From Sphingomonas bacterium (lineage in GTDB: Bacteria; Pseudomonadota; Alphaproteobacteria; Sphingomonadales; Sphingomonadaceae), in contig NZ_JAQGLG010000026.1 in NCBI RefSeq assembly GCF_028292965.1, positions 31,384 to 95,383 of the forward strand: a DNA stretch of 64,000 bases, read 5' to 3'. The position numbers were made by a program, and so were the translations under genes. The notes under the pieces are model-generated. The model did no database searches and had not been told where the DNA came from. It saw only the letters and a program-made list of their open reading frames with translations. Shown one piece after another: positions 29,543 through 38,885 of this stretch; position 1 is the stretch's first letter, and each line of letters starts with the position of its first letter.

Positions 29543-30246
29543 CGTACAGATTATGGTATTGGCCGACGATCCAGGGCCGCGGCGAATTCGTACGGCTGGC
29601 ACTGGAAGGCGCCGGCATCCCCTATGAGGATTGCGCCCGTGCCGGCGGCGAAAAGGCGCTGATGGCGGACATGAAGAAGCGCGGACCAAAGGCGCCCTTC
29701 GCCCCGCCCTATATCGAGGCCGAGGGCGGGACGATCGCGCAGGTCGCCGACATCCTGCTCTATCTTGGCGACAAGCATGGTCTGGCGCCGTCCGATCCGG
29801 CCGATCGCTATTGGGTCCATCAGCTCCAGTTGACCGTCGCCGACATCGTCGCCGAGGTGCACAATGTGCATCATCCGGTCGAGCTGATGGCTTATTATGA
29901 CGAGCAGAAACCCGAAGCGAAACGCGCCGCCGAGCAGTTCCGCGAGCAGCGCATGCCAAAATTCCTCGGCTATTTCGAAGAAGCGACCAAGGCGAACAAG
30001 GGCGACTGGCTGACCGGCGCCGACTGGAGCTATGCCGATACCTCGCTGTTCCAGCTGATCGAGGGGCTGCGCTACATGTTCCCGAAACACATGAAGGCGA
30101 TCGAGGGCGACTATCCCGGTCTGATCGCGCTGCACGACAAGGTCGCCACGATACCCGGCATCGCTGTCTATCTGAAGAGCGACCGGCGCATCGCCTTCAA
30201 CACCGACGGCATCTTCCGCCACTATCCCGAACTCGACGCGGCATGA
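29539..30246 (+). CDS. Glutathione S-transferase family protein
   Basis: YWPTIQGRGEFVRLALE, PFAPP and SYADTSLFQ motifs. Confidence 0.88.
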   Translation: MTYRLWYWPTIQGRGEFVRLALEGAGIPYEDCARAGGEKALMADMKKRGPKAPFAPPYIEAEGGTIAQVADILLYLGDKHGLAPSDPADRYWVHQLQLTVADIVAEVHNVHHPVELMAYYDEQKPEAKRAAEQFREQRMPKFLGYFEEATKANKGDWLTGADWSYADTSLFQLIEGLRYMFPKHMKAIEGDYPGLIALHDKVATIPGIAVYLKSDRRIAFNTDGIFRHYPELDAA

Positions 30247-30692
30247 TGCGTGCCCAGCGCCCGGCGGCGCGCATCCTGTTGCTCGACACAGCGGACCGTG
30301 TGCTGCTGTTCCGCTTCACCGCTACCGACAGGCCAGCCTTTTGGGCGACACCGGGCGGTGCGGTCGATCCCGGTGAGAGCTACGAAGCGGCGGCACGTCG
30401 CGAATTGCGCGAGGAAACTGGCCTCGACGCCGACCCTGGTGCGGAGGTGCTGCGCCGCGTCGTCGAGTTCGTCACACTGGAGGACGTCGCGGTCGTCGCC
30501 GAGGAGCGCTATTTCCTGATCCGCACCGACGCGACCGACATCGACACCGCCGCGCATACCGAACTCGAACAGCGCGTCATGCAGTCGCACCGCTGGTTCG
30601 CCCGCGACGAACTGGACGCCTGGCCGGAAACGATTTTTCCCGAGGATCTCGCCGGGATGCTCGCCACGCTGGAGACCGCCAATGTCCGCTAA
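30243..30692 (+). CDS. NUDIX hydrolase
   Basis: Nudix box GGAVDPGESYEAAARRELREETG. Confidence 0.9.
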   Translation: MMRAQRPAARILLLDTADRVLLFRFTATDRPAFWATPGGAVDPGESYEAAARRELREETGLDADPGAEVLRRVVEFVTLEDVAVVAEERYFLIRTDATDIDTAAHTELEQRVMQSHRWFARDELDAWPETIFPEDLAGMLATLETANVR

Positions 30693-31596
30693 GGCTGTGC
30701 TTGACGACATCGTGCTGCAGACGCTGACCCCGACCACCCACGATCTTGGCGGCTTCAAGGTCCACCGCACCTTGCCGTCGAAACCGCGCACCATGGTCGG
30801 CCCGTTCCTGTTCTTCGACCAGATGGGCCCGGCGCATCTCGAGGTTGGCACCGGCATCGACGTGCGCCCCCATCCGCATATCAACCTCGCCACGGTGACC
30901 TATCTGTTCGCCGGCGCGATCGACCATCGCGATTCGATCGGCACCTATGCGACGATCGAGCCGGGCGCGGTCAACCTGATGACCGCCGGGCACGGCATCG
31001 TCCATTCGGAACGCTCGCCGCGCAGCGAACGCGCGCAGGGCCCCGATTTGTCAGGCATCCAGACCTGGCTCGCTTTGCCCGAAGCGAATGAGGAAATGGA
31101 CCCGGCGTTCGAGCATGTCGCGCGCGCCGACCTGCCGCTGATCGAGGCGCATGGCGCCAGGGCGCGCATCATCATGGGCAGCCTCTGGGGTGCGAGCGCG
31201 CCGACAACCACCTATGCCGGCACGATCTACGCCGACATCGCGCTCGACCCCGGGGCCAGCGTGCCGATCGACGCGGCGGCCGAGGAGCGCGCGGTATATC
31301 TCGCGATCGGCGAGGCGACGCTCGACGGCGTGCCGCTCGAACTCCACACGCTCTATGTGCTCAAGCCCGGGGTCGCGACGTCACTGACCTCGCGCAACGG
31401 CGGCCGGGCCATGCTCTGCGGCGGCGACGCCTTCACCACCCCGCGCCATGTGTGGTGGAACTTCGTCTCCTCGCGCCGCGACCGTATCCAGGAGGCGAAG
31501 CGGGCGTGGAAGGCCGGCGAGTTTCCGAAGGTACCGGGCGACGACAAGGAGTTCATCCCGATCCCCGAAGTGCCGCTGACGGTGAGTTACCCATAA
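30682..31596 (+). CDS. Pirin family protein
   Basis: VGPFLFFDQMG, HPHINLATVTYLF, MTAGHGIVHSE and WWNFVSS motifs. Confidence 0.93.
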   Translation: MSAKAVLDDIVLQTLTPTTHDLGGFKVHRTLPSKPRTMVGPFLFFDQMGPAHLEVGTGIDVRPHPHINLATVTYLFAGAIDHRDSIGTYATIEPGAVNLMTAGHGIVHSERSPRSERAQGPDLSGIQTWLALPEANEEMDPAFEHVARADLPLIEAHGARARIIMGSLWGASAPTTTYAGTIYADIALDPGASVPIDAAAEERAVYLAIGEATLDGVPLELHTLYVLKPGVATSLTSRNGGRAMLCGGDAFTTPRHVWWNFVSSRRDRIQEAKRAWKAGEFPKVPGDDKEFIPIPEVPLTVSYP

Positions 31597-31605
31597 CTTT
31601 TTATC

Positions 31606-31712
31606 CCCCTCCCGCTTGCGGGAGGGGCTAGGGGTGGGCGCCCGCTCACAACAAGCGATGAGCGTGAGGAGGTCGGGAGCCTACCCCCGACCCCTTCCGC
31701 AAGCGGGAGGGG
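31606..31712. repeat. Palindromic intergenic repeat (CCCCTCCC...GGGAGGGG family)
   Basis: Arms CCCCTCCCGCTTGCGGGAGGGGCTAGGGGTGGG and CCTACCCCCGACCCCTTCCGCAAGCGGGAGGGG. Confidence 0.8.
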
Positions 31713-31720
31713 AGAGAAGA

Positions 31721-32608
31721 ATGACCGAACACTTCAACCTGCAACCCATCACCCTCTCCACCGGCGTCACCCTCGACGTCGCCATCGCCGGCGACCCCGC
31801 CAACCCGCCGATCATCCTGCTCCACGGCTTCCCCGAATCGCACCGCACCTGGCGCCACATCATCCCAGATCTGGCGCGCGACCATTTCGTCCTCGCCCCC
31901 GACCAGCGCGGCTATGCCAGATCGTCCAAGCCCGAAGGCGTCGAGAACTACACCCCCGACAAGATCGTCGGCGACATGCTCGCGCTGGCCGACCATTTCG
32001 CCATCGATCGCTTCACTTTGGTCGGCCATGACTGGGGCGGCGCGGTCGCCTGGATGGCCGCGCTGCAGAACCCCAACCGCGTCGCAAAACTGGTCATCAT
32101 CAACGCGCCGCACCCCTTCATCTTCCAGAAGACGATGTTCGACGACCGCGCCCAGCGCGAGGCGAGCCAGTATATCCGCGCCTTCCGCAACCCCGATCTG
32201 GAAAAGCATATCGACTCGATCGGCCTGTCGAGCTTCTTCGACGGCAGCTTCATGCGCCACACCGATTTCGCGAAGATCGCCGACGAGAAACCGATCTATC
32301 TCGACCAATGGGGCCAGCCCGGCGCGATGACCGGCATGCTCAACTGGTACCGCGCCAGCGCACTTCAGGTGCCGGCGATGGATGAGGAACCGACCCGCCC
32401 GGCCTATCTCGACGCGCCCTTCCCGCCCATGCCGGTGCCGACGCTCGTCATCTGGGGTCTGGGCGACGCGGCGCTGCTGCCGAGCCAGCTCGAAGGCCTC
32501 GAGCAGCTCGTGCCCGGTGTGCGCATCGACAAGGTCGATGCCGGGCATTTCGTGCCGTGGGAGAACCCCGCGGCGGTGATCGCCGCGATGCGCGATTGGG
32601 GCGCCTAG
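31721..32608 (+). CDS. Alpha/beta hydrolase (epoxide hydrolase-like)
   Basis: LLHGFPE, DQRGY, GHDWGG (Asp nucleophile), NWYRA, GHF. Confidence 0.9.
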   Translation: MTEHFNLQPITLSTGVTLDVAIAGDPANPPIILLHGFPESHRTWRHIIPDLARDHFVLAPDQRGYARSSKPEGVENYTPDKIVGDMLALADHFAIDRFTLVGHDWGGAVAWMAALQNPNRVAKLVIINAPHPFIFQKTMFDDRAQREASQYIRAFRNPDLEKHIDSIGLSSFFDGSFMRHTDFAKIADEKPIYLDQWGQPGAMTGMLNWYRASALQVPAMDEEPTRPAYLDAPFPPMPVPTLVIWGLGDAALLPSQLEGLEQLVPGVRIDKVDAGHFVPWENPAAVIAAMRDWGA

Positions 32609-32633
32609 CCGAAGAGCTCGCGACAAGCACCGA

Positions 32634-33563
32634 TCAGGCAAGGTTGCGCTTGAACACCTCGCCGATCGTCTTGAGCACCGCGCGCGTCGCCAGCGTCTGC
32701 GGGCGCTGCATCGAGGTCGCGGTGAACAGGTGCGACACGATTTTCGGCTCGCCGATCGGCCAGCTCATGATCCGCCCCTCGGCCAGCTCGTCCTTGAGCA
32801 GCGCGGAAGGCAATATCGTGAACCCGATCCGCTTGCGCACCAACTCCAGCATGGTGTTGGTGCCTGATACCTCGACCTCGGTGTTCAGCGTGATCCCCGC
32901 CTCGTGGCTGGCATCCTCGATCAGGCTGCGCAGCCGGTGCGGGGCCGGCGGCAGGATCATCGCGAGGGCGGCTAGGCGCCGCGTCGGTATTTCGGCGCCG
33001 CCCGGTTCGTCGAGACTCCCCGGCGCCCCGACAAGGTGAATGCGGTCGTCGAAGATATGCTGGGTGATCAGCGTCGCCACCTTGGGCGGATTGAACAATA
33101 TGCCGATATCGACGCTGCCCGCACTCAGCCATTCCAGCGCTTCTGCCGAAAACCCCTCGCGCAGCGTGACCGTCACCAAGGGGTATTCCGCCTTCAGGCT
33201 GCGGATCAGCTCCGCCGACAACACCCCACCGAGCAACGGCGGCAAGGCGATCGAGACCCGTCCCAGCGCCGTGCCGCGCAACGCCGCGACCTCGATCTCA
33301 GCGCCTGACAGCGTCTGGAGCATGGTCTGGGCATGTTCGAAGAAACGCTGCCCGGCCTCGGTCACCCCGACGCCGCGGCCGTTGCGATAGAGCAGCTGAA
33401 CCTTCAGCCCGTCCTCGAGCCGGCGCACGAAGCGGCTTAGCACCGGCTGGCTGATCGCCAGCGCCGCCGCGGCGCGCGAGAAGCTGCCGCTTTCGACGAC
33501 ATGGACGAAGTAATAAAGCGGCCGGATGTCCAGCGAGGAGGCCGTCAGGCGTGGTGCGCTCAC
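32634..33563 (-). CDS. LysR family transcriptional regulator (Nac-like)
   Basis: LYYFVHVVESGSFSRAAAALAISQPVLSRFVRRLE HTH; GTG 33563 with AAGGA RBS. Confidence 0.9.
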   Translation of the reverse strand: MSAPRLTASSLDIRPLYYFVHVVESGSFSRAAAALAISQPVLSRFVRRLEDGLKVQLLYRNGRGVGVTEAGQRFFEHAQTMLQTLSGAEIEVAALRGTALGRVSIALPPLLGGVLSAELIRSLKAEYPLVTVTLREGFSAEALEWLSAGSVDIGILFNPPKVATLITQHIFDDRIHLVGAPGSLDEPGGAEIPTRRLAALAMILPPAPHRLRSLIEDASHEAGITLNTEVEVSGTNTMLELVRKRIGFTILPSALLKDELAEGRIMSWPIGEPKIVSHLFTATSMQRPQTLATRAVLKTIGEVFKRNLA

Positions 33564-33652
33564 GATCCTTTCCCCTAGATAACAGCCGGACACCCGGATG
33601 ATCCAGTCGGGGGAGGATCGCAACATCGATGTTGCCCCGGGGCGGCGCCGCG

Positions 33653-33967
33653 TCAGCGGATCGGCGAAAAGGGCGCGGCTTTCATGATCACGCTTTCCTG
33701 CGACTCGACCAGCGGCAGCGCCAGCGGCAGATATTCGTCGAGCCATTCGCGGTCCTGCCACCACAATGCCCGCGCTTCCTCGCGCTGCGCCACGCTGTCG
33801 AACGCCCAGACATGCACCACGCGATTGAGCGGCCCGGACTCCACCGTCCAATAGCCGACCAGCGTGCAATAACGCTGCACGATCGGTAGGCCGATCCGCC
33901 CGAATTGCTCGATATAGCGTGCCATCACGCCGACCTTGAGCTGATAGGTCCGCATCTCGTAGATCAT
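33653..33967 (-). CDS. NIPSNAP family protein
   Basis: MIYEMRTY, GPLNRVVHVWA and FSPIR motifs. Confidence 0.88.
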   Translation of the reverse strand: MIYEMRTYQLKVGVMARYIEQFGRIGLPIVQRYCTLVGYWTVESGPLNRVVHVWAFDSVAQREEARALWWQDREWLDEYLPLALPLVESQESVIMKAAPFSPIR

Positions 33968-34875
33968 GCATCCGCTCCCCTCATTGCCCGCGGTAACCGG
34001 TCGAACCCGATCGAAAAGCCGTCACCCGTCCGCCCGACGCGCCAGCCGTCAAGCCCTTGGACATGCGCCGCCAGAATCCGTGCATCGCCATCGGCCGCGC
34101 GTTGCAGCAGCGCGCGGCGCGTCACGCGCGCCTCGTCCTGGTCTTCGCACCACCGGCTGTTGACGTGCGGGCAGATGACCTGGATCGGCGAATGGAACAC
34201 GTCGCCCGAAAAGATGATCTCCTCGCTTTTGTGCCGCAGCGTGTAGATCATCTGCCCCGGCGTATGCCCCGGCGCGGCCGATGCGACGAAGCCCGCGACC
34301 TCGTCGCCATCCTCGATGAAGCGCGTCAGCCCGGCATCGATCACCGGCAATACGCTATCGGCGATCACCGCCTCATAGGCTTCCGGCCCCATCTTCTGCG
34401 CCAGTTGCTGTGTGAACAGGTCGTAATCGCGCCGCGGCATATAATAGGTCGCATTGGGAAAGGTCGGCACCCAGCGCCCGTCGAGCAGTCGCGTATTCCA
34501 CCCGACATGGTCGGAATGCAGATGCGTGTGCAGCACATGCGTCACTTGCTCGGGGCCCGCGCCGATCGACTCCAGCCAGTCGATCGCCGGCGTGTTGATC
34601 ATGTGCTGAAAGGGCGAGATGCGCGGCTTGTGGTTGCCGCATCCGGTGTCGATCAGGACCACTGCCTCGCCGGTCTTCACCACCCATAGCTGATAGCTGA
34701 AGATCAGCCGGTTGGTCCGTGCCATCCAGAAGCGTCCGTCGAGCCATGCCGCGTTGGCGGCGATCATCGCCGGCGTGGCGTCGGGCAGCATCCACTGCGC
34801 ATCATGGGTCGGGCCGTCGAATTCGACGATCTGGAAGATCTCGACCCCGCCGCCCAACGCTTGTGACGTCATCAT
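33964..34875 (-). CDS. MBL-fold metallo-hydrolase
   Basis: LIDTGCG, THLHSDHVGWN, PGHTPG, GDVFH; start placed at ATG 34875. Confidence 0.88.
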   Translation of the reverse strand: MMTSQALGGGVEIFQIVEFDGPTHDAQWMLPDATPAMIAANAAWLDGRFWMARTNRLIFSYQLWVVKTGEAVVLIDTGCGNHKPRISPFQHMINTPAIDWLESIGAGPEQVTHVLHTHLHSDHVGWNTRLLDGRWVPTFPNATYYMPRRDYDLFTQQLAQKMGPEAYEAVIADSVLPVIDAGLTRFIEDGDEVAGFVASAAPGHTPGQMIYTLRHKSEEIIFSGDVFHSPIQVICPHVNSRWCEDQDEARVTRRALLQRAADGDARILAAHVQGLDGWRVGRTGDGFSIGFDRLPRAMRGADA

Positions 34876-35102
34876 GCCGGCTATCCTGTCCCTTTGCCGG
34901 GCGTCCTTCGCCGCGCCCTCCCTGCCCTGATCGGCCATGGGCACGGCGCCGAACAGCATGCCAGCGCGCATAACTGTTAGGCGCGATTGCCGACTGTTCG
35001 GCGCCGCGTTTCGCCCGATGATGGCCCCAACATCACTGCAGGTGCCGCTGCCGCCCTACCCGGACGGCGACGCGGCATGCTGACGAGCAACAGGTTGAGG
35101 AT

Positions 35103-35621
35103 ATGCCGCCACACACCCCGACATCGCCACTGCTGGCATCGCTGGCCGACATTCCGGAGACCAACCTCGTTCCGGCGAAATACCTCGCCGGCGGCTCGAT
35201 CGGCGCGCAGATCGCCTATGGCCTCGAATCGAGCATGATGATCGCCGTGCGCCAGCCCGATTATCATTCGCGGCCCCACAGCCACGACGCCGAGCAGCTC
35301 AACCACGTGCTCGACGGCGAACTCTTTGTCTTTGTCGACGATCACGGCTTCCTGGCGAGCAAGGGCGACATCTTCCGCATTCCGCGCGGGGCGGTCCATT
35401 GGTCATGGGTACAGGGCGACAGGCCGTGCGTGCTGCTCGAAACCCACACCCCGCCGCTGATCGGCGACGAGGGCGTGTTGGATGGCGCCACGGCGCTGAT
35501 CGCACCCCATGAACTGCGCGGCGATATCGTCGCGGTGCCTTCGATCTGGCCGGAGGGCGTGGACCAGGGCGCAGTCGAACGACGCGTCGTTCCTGCCCCA
35601 GGCGCCGCGTCGGTCGCGTGA
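35103..35621 (+). CDS. Cupin domain protein
   Basis: PHSHDAEQ and GDIFRIPRGAVH metal-binding motifs; GAGGA RBS. Confidence 0.85.
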   Translation: MPPHTPTSPLLASLADIPETNLVPAKYLAGGSIGAQIAYGLESSMMIAVRQPDYHSRPHSHDAEQLNHVLDGELFVFVDDHGFLASKGDIFRIPRGAVHWSWVQGDRPCVLLETHTPPLIGDEGVLDGATALIAPHELRGDIVAVPSIWPEGVDQGAVERRVVPAPGAASVA

Positions 35622-35661
35622 CGCCGCCCTGGCCGCCGACACCTGCAAGAAGGATAACAGA

Positions 35662-36621
35662 TTGAAAGCGATCATCTTCGACCAAGCCGGCGAGCCGGGC
35701 AGCGTGTTGCGGTTCGGGGAAGCCCCGGGGCCGGCGTCCGAAGACGGCGCTGCGCTGGTGGACGTCACTGCCCGTCCCCTGCAACCCGCCGACATGGCGT
35801 TCATCCGCGGGCGCTACCGCCTCCAGCCCATCTTCCCGCAGGTCGCCGGGCTGGAAGGCGCGGGATCGATCGTCGACCCCGGCGCCAGCGGACTGCCCGT
35901 CGGCACGCGCGTGGCGTTTCGCGCTGCCGGCAGCTGGGCCGCACATGTGGCGGTGCTTCCGGAGCGGCTGATCGTCGTACCCGATGACATTCCCGACGAC
36001 GACGCTTGCCAGATCTCGCTCAATCCCCTCACCGCGCTGGGCCTGCTCGACAGCGCCCGCGTCGCACCGGGCGACACGATCCTGATCACCGCCGCTGCAT
36101 CGACGGTCGCCGGCATCATCGCGGCAATCTGCCGGGTGCGCGGCATTTCGACCATCGGCATCGCGCGTAACGCGACCTCCGCCGCGCGTGCCACCACCGA
36201 TACCGCGCTCGCGGCGGACGATCCGGATCTCCTCGCGAAACTGCAAGGCCTGACCCGCGGCGCCGCGCCGGCGGCCTTGCTCGACAGTGTTGGTGGGCCA
36301 CTTGTCGCAACGCTGATGCCGGCGCTCCAGCCCGGCGCCCGGATCATCGCCTATGGCGTGATGGATCCTTCGCCCGCGGCGGTCACCAATGCCGCGCTGA
36401 TTTATCAGAATCTGACCTGGATCGGCTTCGGCATCGACCGCTGGCTCGCTGCCCTGCCGACGGCGCAGCACGCCGCGCTGGTCGCCCAGCTGTTCGCGAT
36501 GTTGCGTGACGGCAGTCTGCACCTGCCAGTCGCCGCCCGCTTCCCGCTCGACCGCATCCATGACGCGCTTGGCGCCGATGCTGCCGCCGGCCGCAACGGG
36601 AAAGTCGTCCTGACAACCTGA
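35662..36621 (+). CDS. MDR family (quinone/enoyl reductase-like) oxidoreductase
   Basis: GLEGAG, NPLTA, DSVGG and GKVVL motifs; TTG start with AAGGA RBS. Confidence 0.85.
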   Translation: MKAIIFDQAGEPGSVLRFGEAPGPASEDGAALVDVTARPLQPADMAFIRGRYRLQPIFPQVAGLEGAGSIVDPGASGLPVGTRVAFRAAGSWAAHVAVLPERLIVVPDDIPDDDACQISLNPLTALGLLDSARVAPGDTILITAAASTVAGIIAAICRVRGISTIGIARNATSAARATTDTALAADDPDLLAKLQGLTRGAAPAALLDSVGGPLVATLMPALQPGARIIAYGVMDPSPAAVTNAALIYQNLTWIGFGIDRWLAALPTAQHAALVAQLFAMLRDGSLHLPVAARFPLDRIHDALGADAAAGRNGKVVLTT

Positions 36622-36710
36622 CATCTACCGGGACGGGAGCGCCGCCGCCGGTACGCGACATCACAAATTAATGACCGCCCTTCACGCGCGGCCGATAAAG
36701 GGGAGAGACG

Positions 36711-38885
36711 ATGCACAATTCCATCATGCGTGGCGCAAGGCCGATCGCCATGGCGATGCTGCTGGCCGCGGGCACGGCGCACGCCCAGGCCGCGCCGGAG
36801 GCACCGCCACCGGCGGCCGCGGAGGCGACCAGCGACGACATCATCGTCACCGCGACCAAGCGCGTCGGTGGCATCAGCGTGCACAATTCGGCGCTTGCGA
36901 TCACCGCGTTCGACGACGCCCATCTCGCCGATACCCATATCGATCAGCTCGCCGATCTCACCCGCTCGATTCCCAATGTCTTCCTCAATGCCAGCGACAC
37001 GATCCAGGGCGTCAACAACTTCTCGATCCGCGGCATGGCGGTGTACGACACGATTCCGTCGAACACCCCGACCGTCGGCATCTTCGTCGACGGCGTCTAT
37101 ATCGGCGCCAGCGCGGCCTCGGCGCTCAATACCTTCGACAATGCCAGCATTGAGGTGCTGCGCGGGCCGCAGGGCCTGCTGTTCGGACGCAACGTCACGG
37201 CCGGCGCGATCCTCGTCAACACCGGCAACCCGACACCCGAACTGCATGTCTCAGCCCAGGCCGCGATCGAATCGGGCCCCGATTTCACCGAATCGGTGGT
37301 CGTCACCGGTCCACTCACCAAGGATCATTTCCTCCAGGGCAAGCTGGCGATCTATCGCAACGACGATGAGGGTTATTTCCGCAACAGCTTCGATGGACGG
37401 CAGTTCGGCAAGTCGCATTCGACCATCGCCCGCGCCGCGCTCGCGATCAATCCCGCGGGCCGCCTCCACGCGATCCTGCGCTATGAGCATGGCGCGCAGG
37501 ACGGCCAGGGCCCGGCGTCGCAAAATCACGGCGCCTTCAGCTATGACAGCTTCGATTTCAGCATCAACGAGCCGGGTTTTTCGCACAATCGCTGGGATCA
37601 GCTGATCGTCGATACGCGCCTCGCCACCGATTTCGGCCATGGCGAGATCGTCAACGTGTTCGGCTGGCGCAAGGTCGACGAGTCAGGCCTGTTCGATGCC
37701 GATTCCACGCCGCAGACCTTTTTCCATTTCGGCACCGCGATCGGCCAGCATCAGGTGTCGGACGAGCTGCGCTACTCGGGAACCTTCGGTGCGTTCGCGC
37801 CGACCATCGGCGTGTTCTACTACACAGACGACCTGAGCTATATCGAGACACGCCAGCTCGCCGCGTCCAACATCACCGGCGGGGGCACCCAGAAATCGAC
37901 CACCTATGCGGTGTTCAGCAATGTGGATGTCAGCCTGGGCTCGACGCTGACGCTGACGCTTGGTGCGCGCTACTCGGTCGAAAGGAAGACCGCCCGCGTC
38001 CAGGGTCTCGTCGCCAGCGCAACCAGCCCCTGTTCGTTCGCCGCCAAAGCCTGCACCGCGTTCAATTTTTCGGACGATCACGACTGGTCCGCCTTCACCC
38101 CAAAGATCGGGCTGCAATGGCGACCCGACGCGGCAACCAACATCTATGCCTATTATACCAAGGGCTTCCGCAGCGGCGGCTATAATCTGCGCCAGACCAA
38201 TCTGCTCGCCCCGCCCGGGCCCTATGACCAGGAGGTCGAGGACAGTTTCGAGGTCGGCGCCAAACGCAATTTCTTCGACAATCGCCTGCGCCTGAACATC
38301 GCGGTGTTCGACAATGAATTCAGCAATCTGCAGCGCGCCATCCTGACGTCGAGCCCAACGCTGGGCATCATCCAGACCACCGTCAACAGCGCCGACACGC
38401 GCATCCGCGGCATCGAAGGCGAGGTCAACGTAACGCTGGGCAAGTCGCTGCGGCTCGGCGGACATTTCGGCTATCTCGACAATCACTGGAAGGTGATCCG
38501 CTACCATCTGCTCGGCGCCGGCCCGGTGACCCCCGCGGACTATGCGCTCCAGCTGCCATTCCTCTCGCCATGGTCCTATGGCGGCAGCATTTCCTATGCG
38601 GTACCGACCGCACTCGGGCGGCTGTCGTTCGACGCGAGCTTCGACCACCGCGACAGCACGCCCTCGAACGACGCCAACACCGGCATCCTGAAGGCGGTCA
38701 ACCGCATCGATGCCAGCCTAGCGCTGCGGCTGAACAACGGCCTGACGCTTTCGCTCTACGGCAAGAACCTGACCGATCAGACCACCACCGGGTTGAACAA
38801 TCCGCTGACCTTCACGCCGGGCGAGACGATTGCGCCCCTCAACAAGGGCCGGGTGCTCGGCGCCGAACTGAGGTTCCGCTATTGA
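36711..38885 (+). CDS. TonB-dependent receptor
   Basis: DIIVTATKR, EVLRGPQGLLFGRNVTAG, C-terminal aromatic residue (FRY). Confidence 0.93.
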   Translation: MHNSIMRGARPIAMAMLLAAGTAHAQAAPEAPPPAAAEATSDDIIVTATKRVGGISVHNSALAITAFDDAHLADTHIDQLADLTRSIPNVFLNASDTIQGVNNFSIRGMAVYDTIPSNTPTVGIFVDGVYIGASAASALNTFDNASIEVLRGPQGLLFGRNVTAGAILVNTGNPTPELHVSAQAAIESGPDFTESVVVTGPLTKDHFLQGKLAIYRNDDEGYFRNSFDGRQFGKSHSTIARAALAINPAGRLHAILRYEHGAQDGQGPASQNHGAFSYDSFDFSINEPGFSHNRWDQLIVDTRLATDFGHGEIVNVFGWRKVDESGLFDADSTPQTFFHFGTAIGQHQVSDELRYSGTFGAFAPTIGVFYYTDDLSYIETRQLAASNITGGGTQKSTTYAVFSNVDVSLGSTLTLTLGARYSVERKTARVQGLVASATSPCSFAAKACTAFNFSDDHDWSAFTPKIGLQWRPDAATNIYAYYTKGFRSGGYNLRQTNLLAPPGPYDQEVEDSFEVGAKRNFFDNRLRLNIAVFDNEFSNLQRAILTSSPTLGIIQTTVNSADTRIRGIEGEVNVTLGKSLRLGGHFGYLDNHWKVIRYHLLGAGPVTPADYALQLPFLSPWSYGGSISYAVPTALGRLSFDASFDHRDSTPSNDANTGILKAVNRIDASLALRLNNGLTLSLYGKNLTDQTTTGLNNPLTFTPGETIAPLNKGRVLGAELRFRY

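Noticed and set aside
28604-29959. 451-aa extended J-domain ORF
   Set aside because: The N-terminal part is antisense to bolA/GST; GTG 29212 with an RBS is the plausible start.
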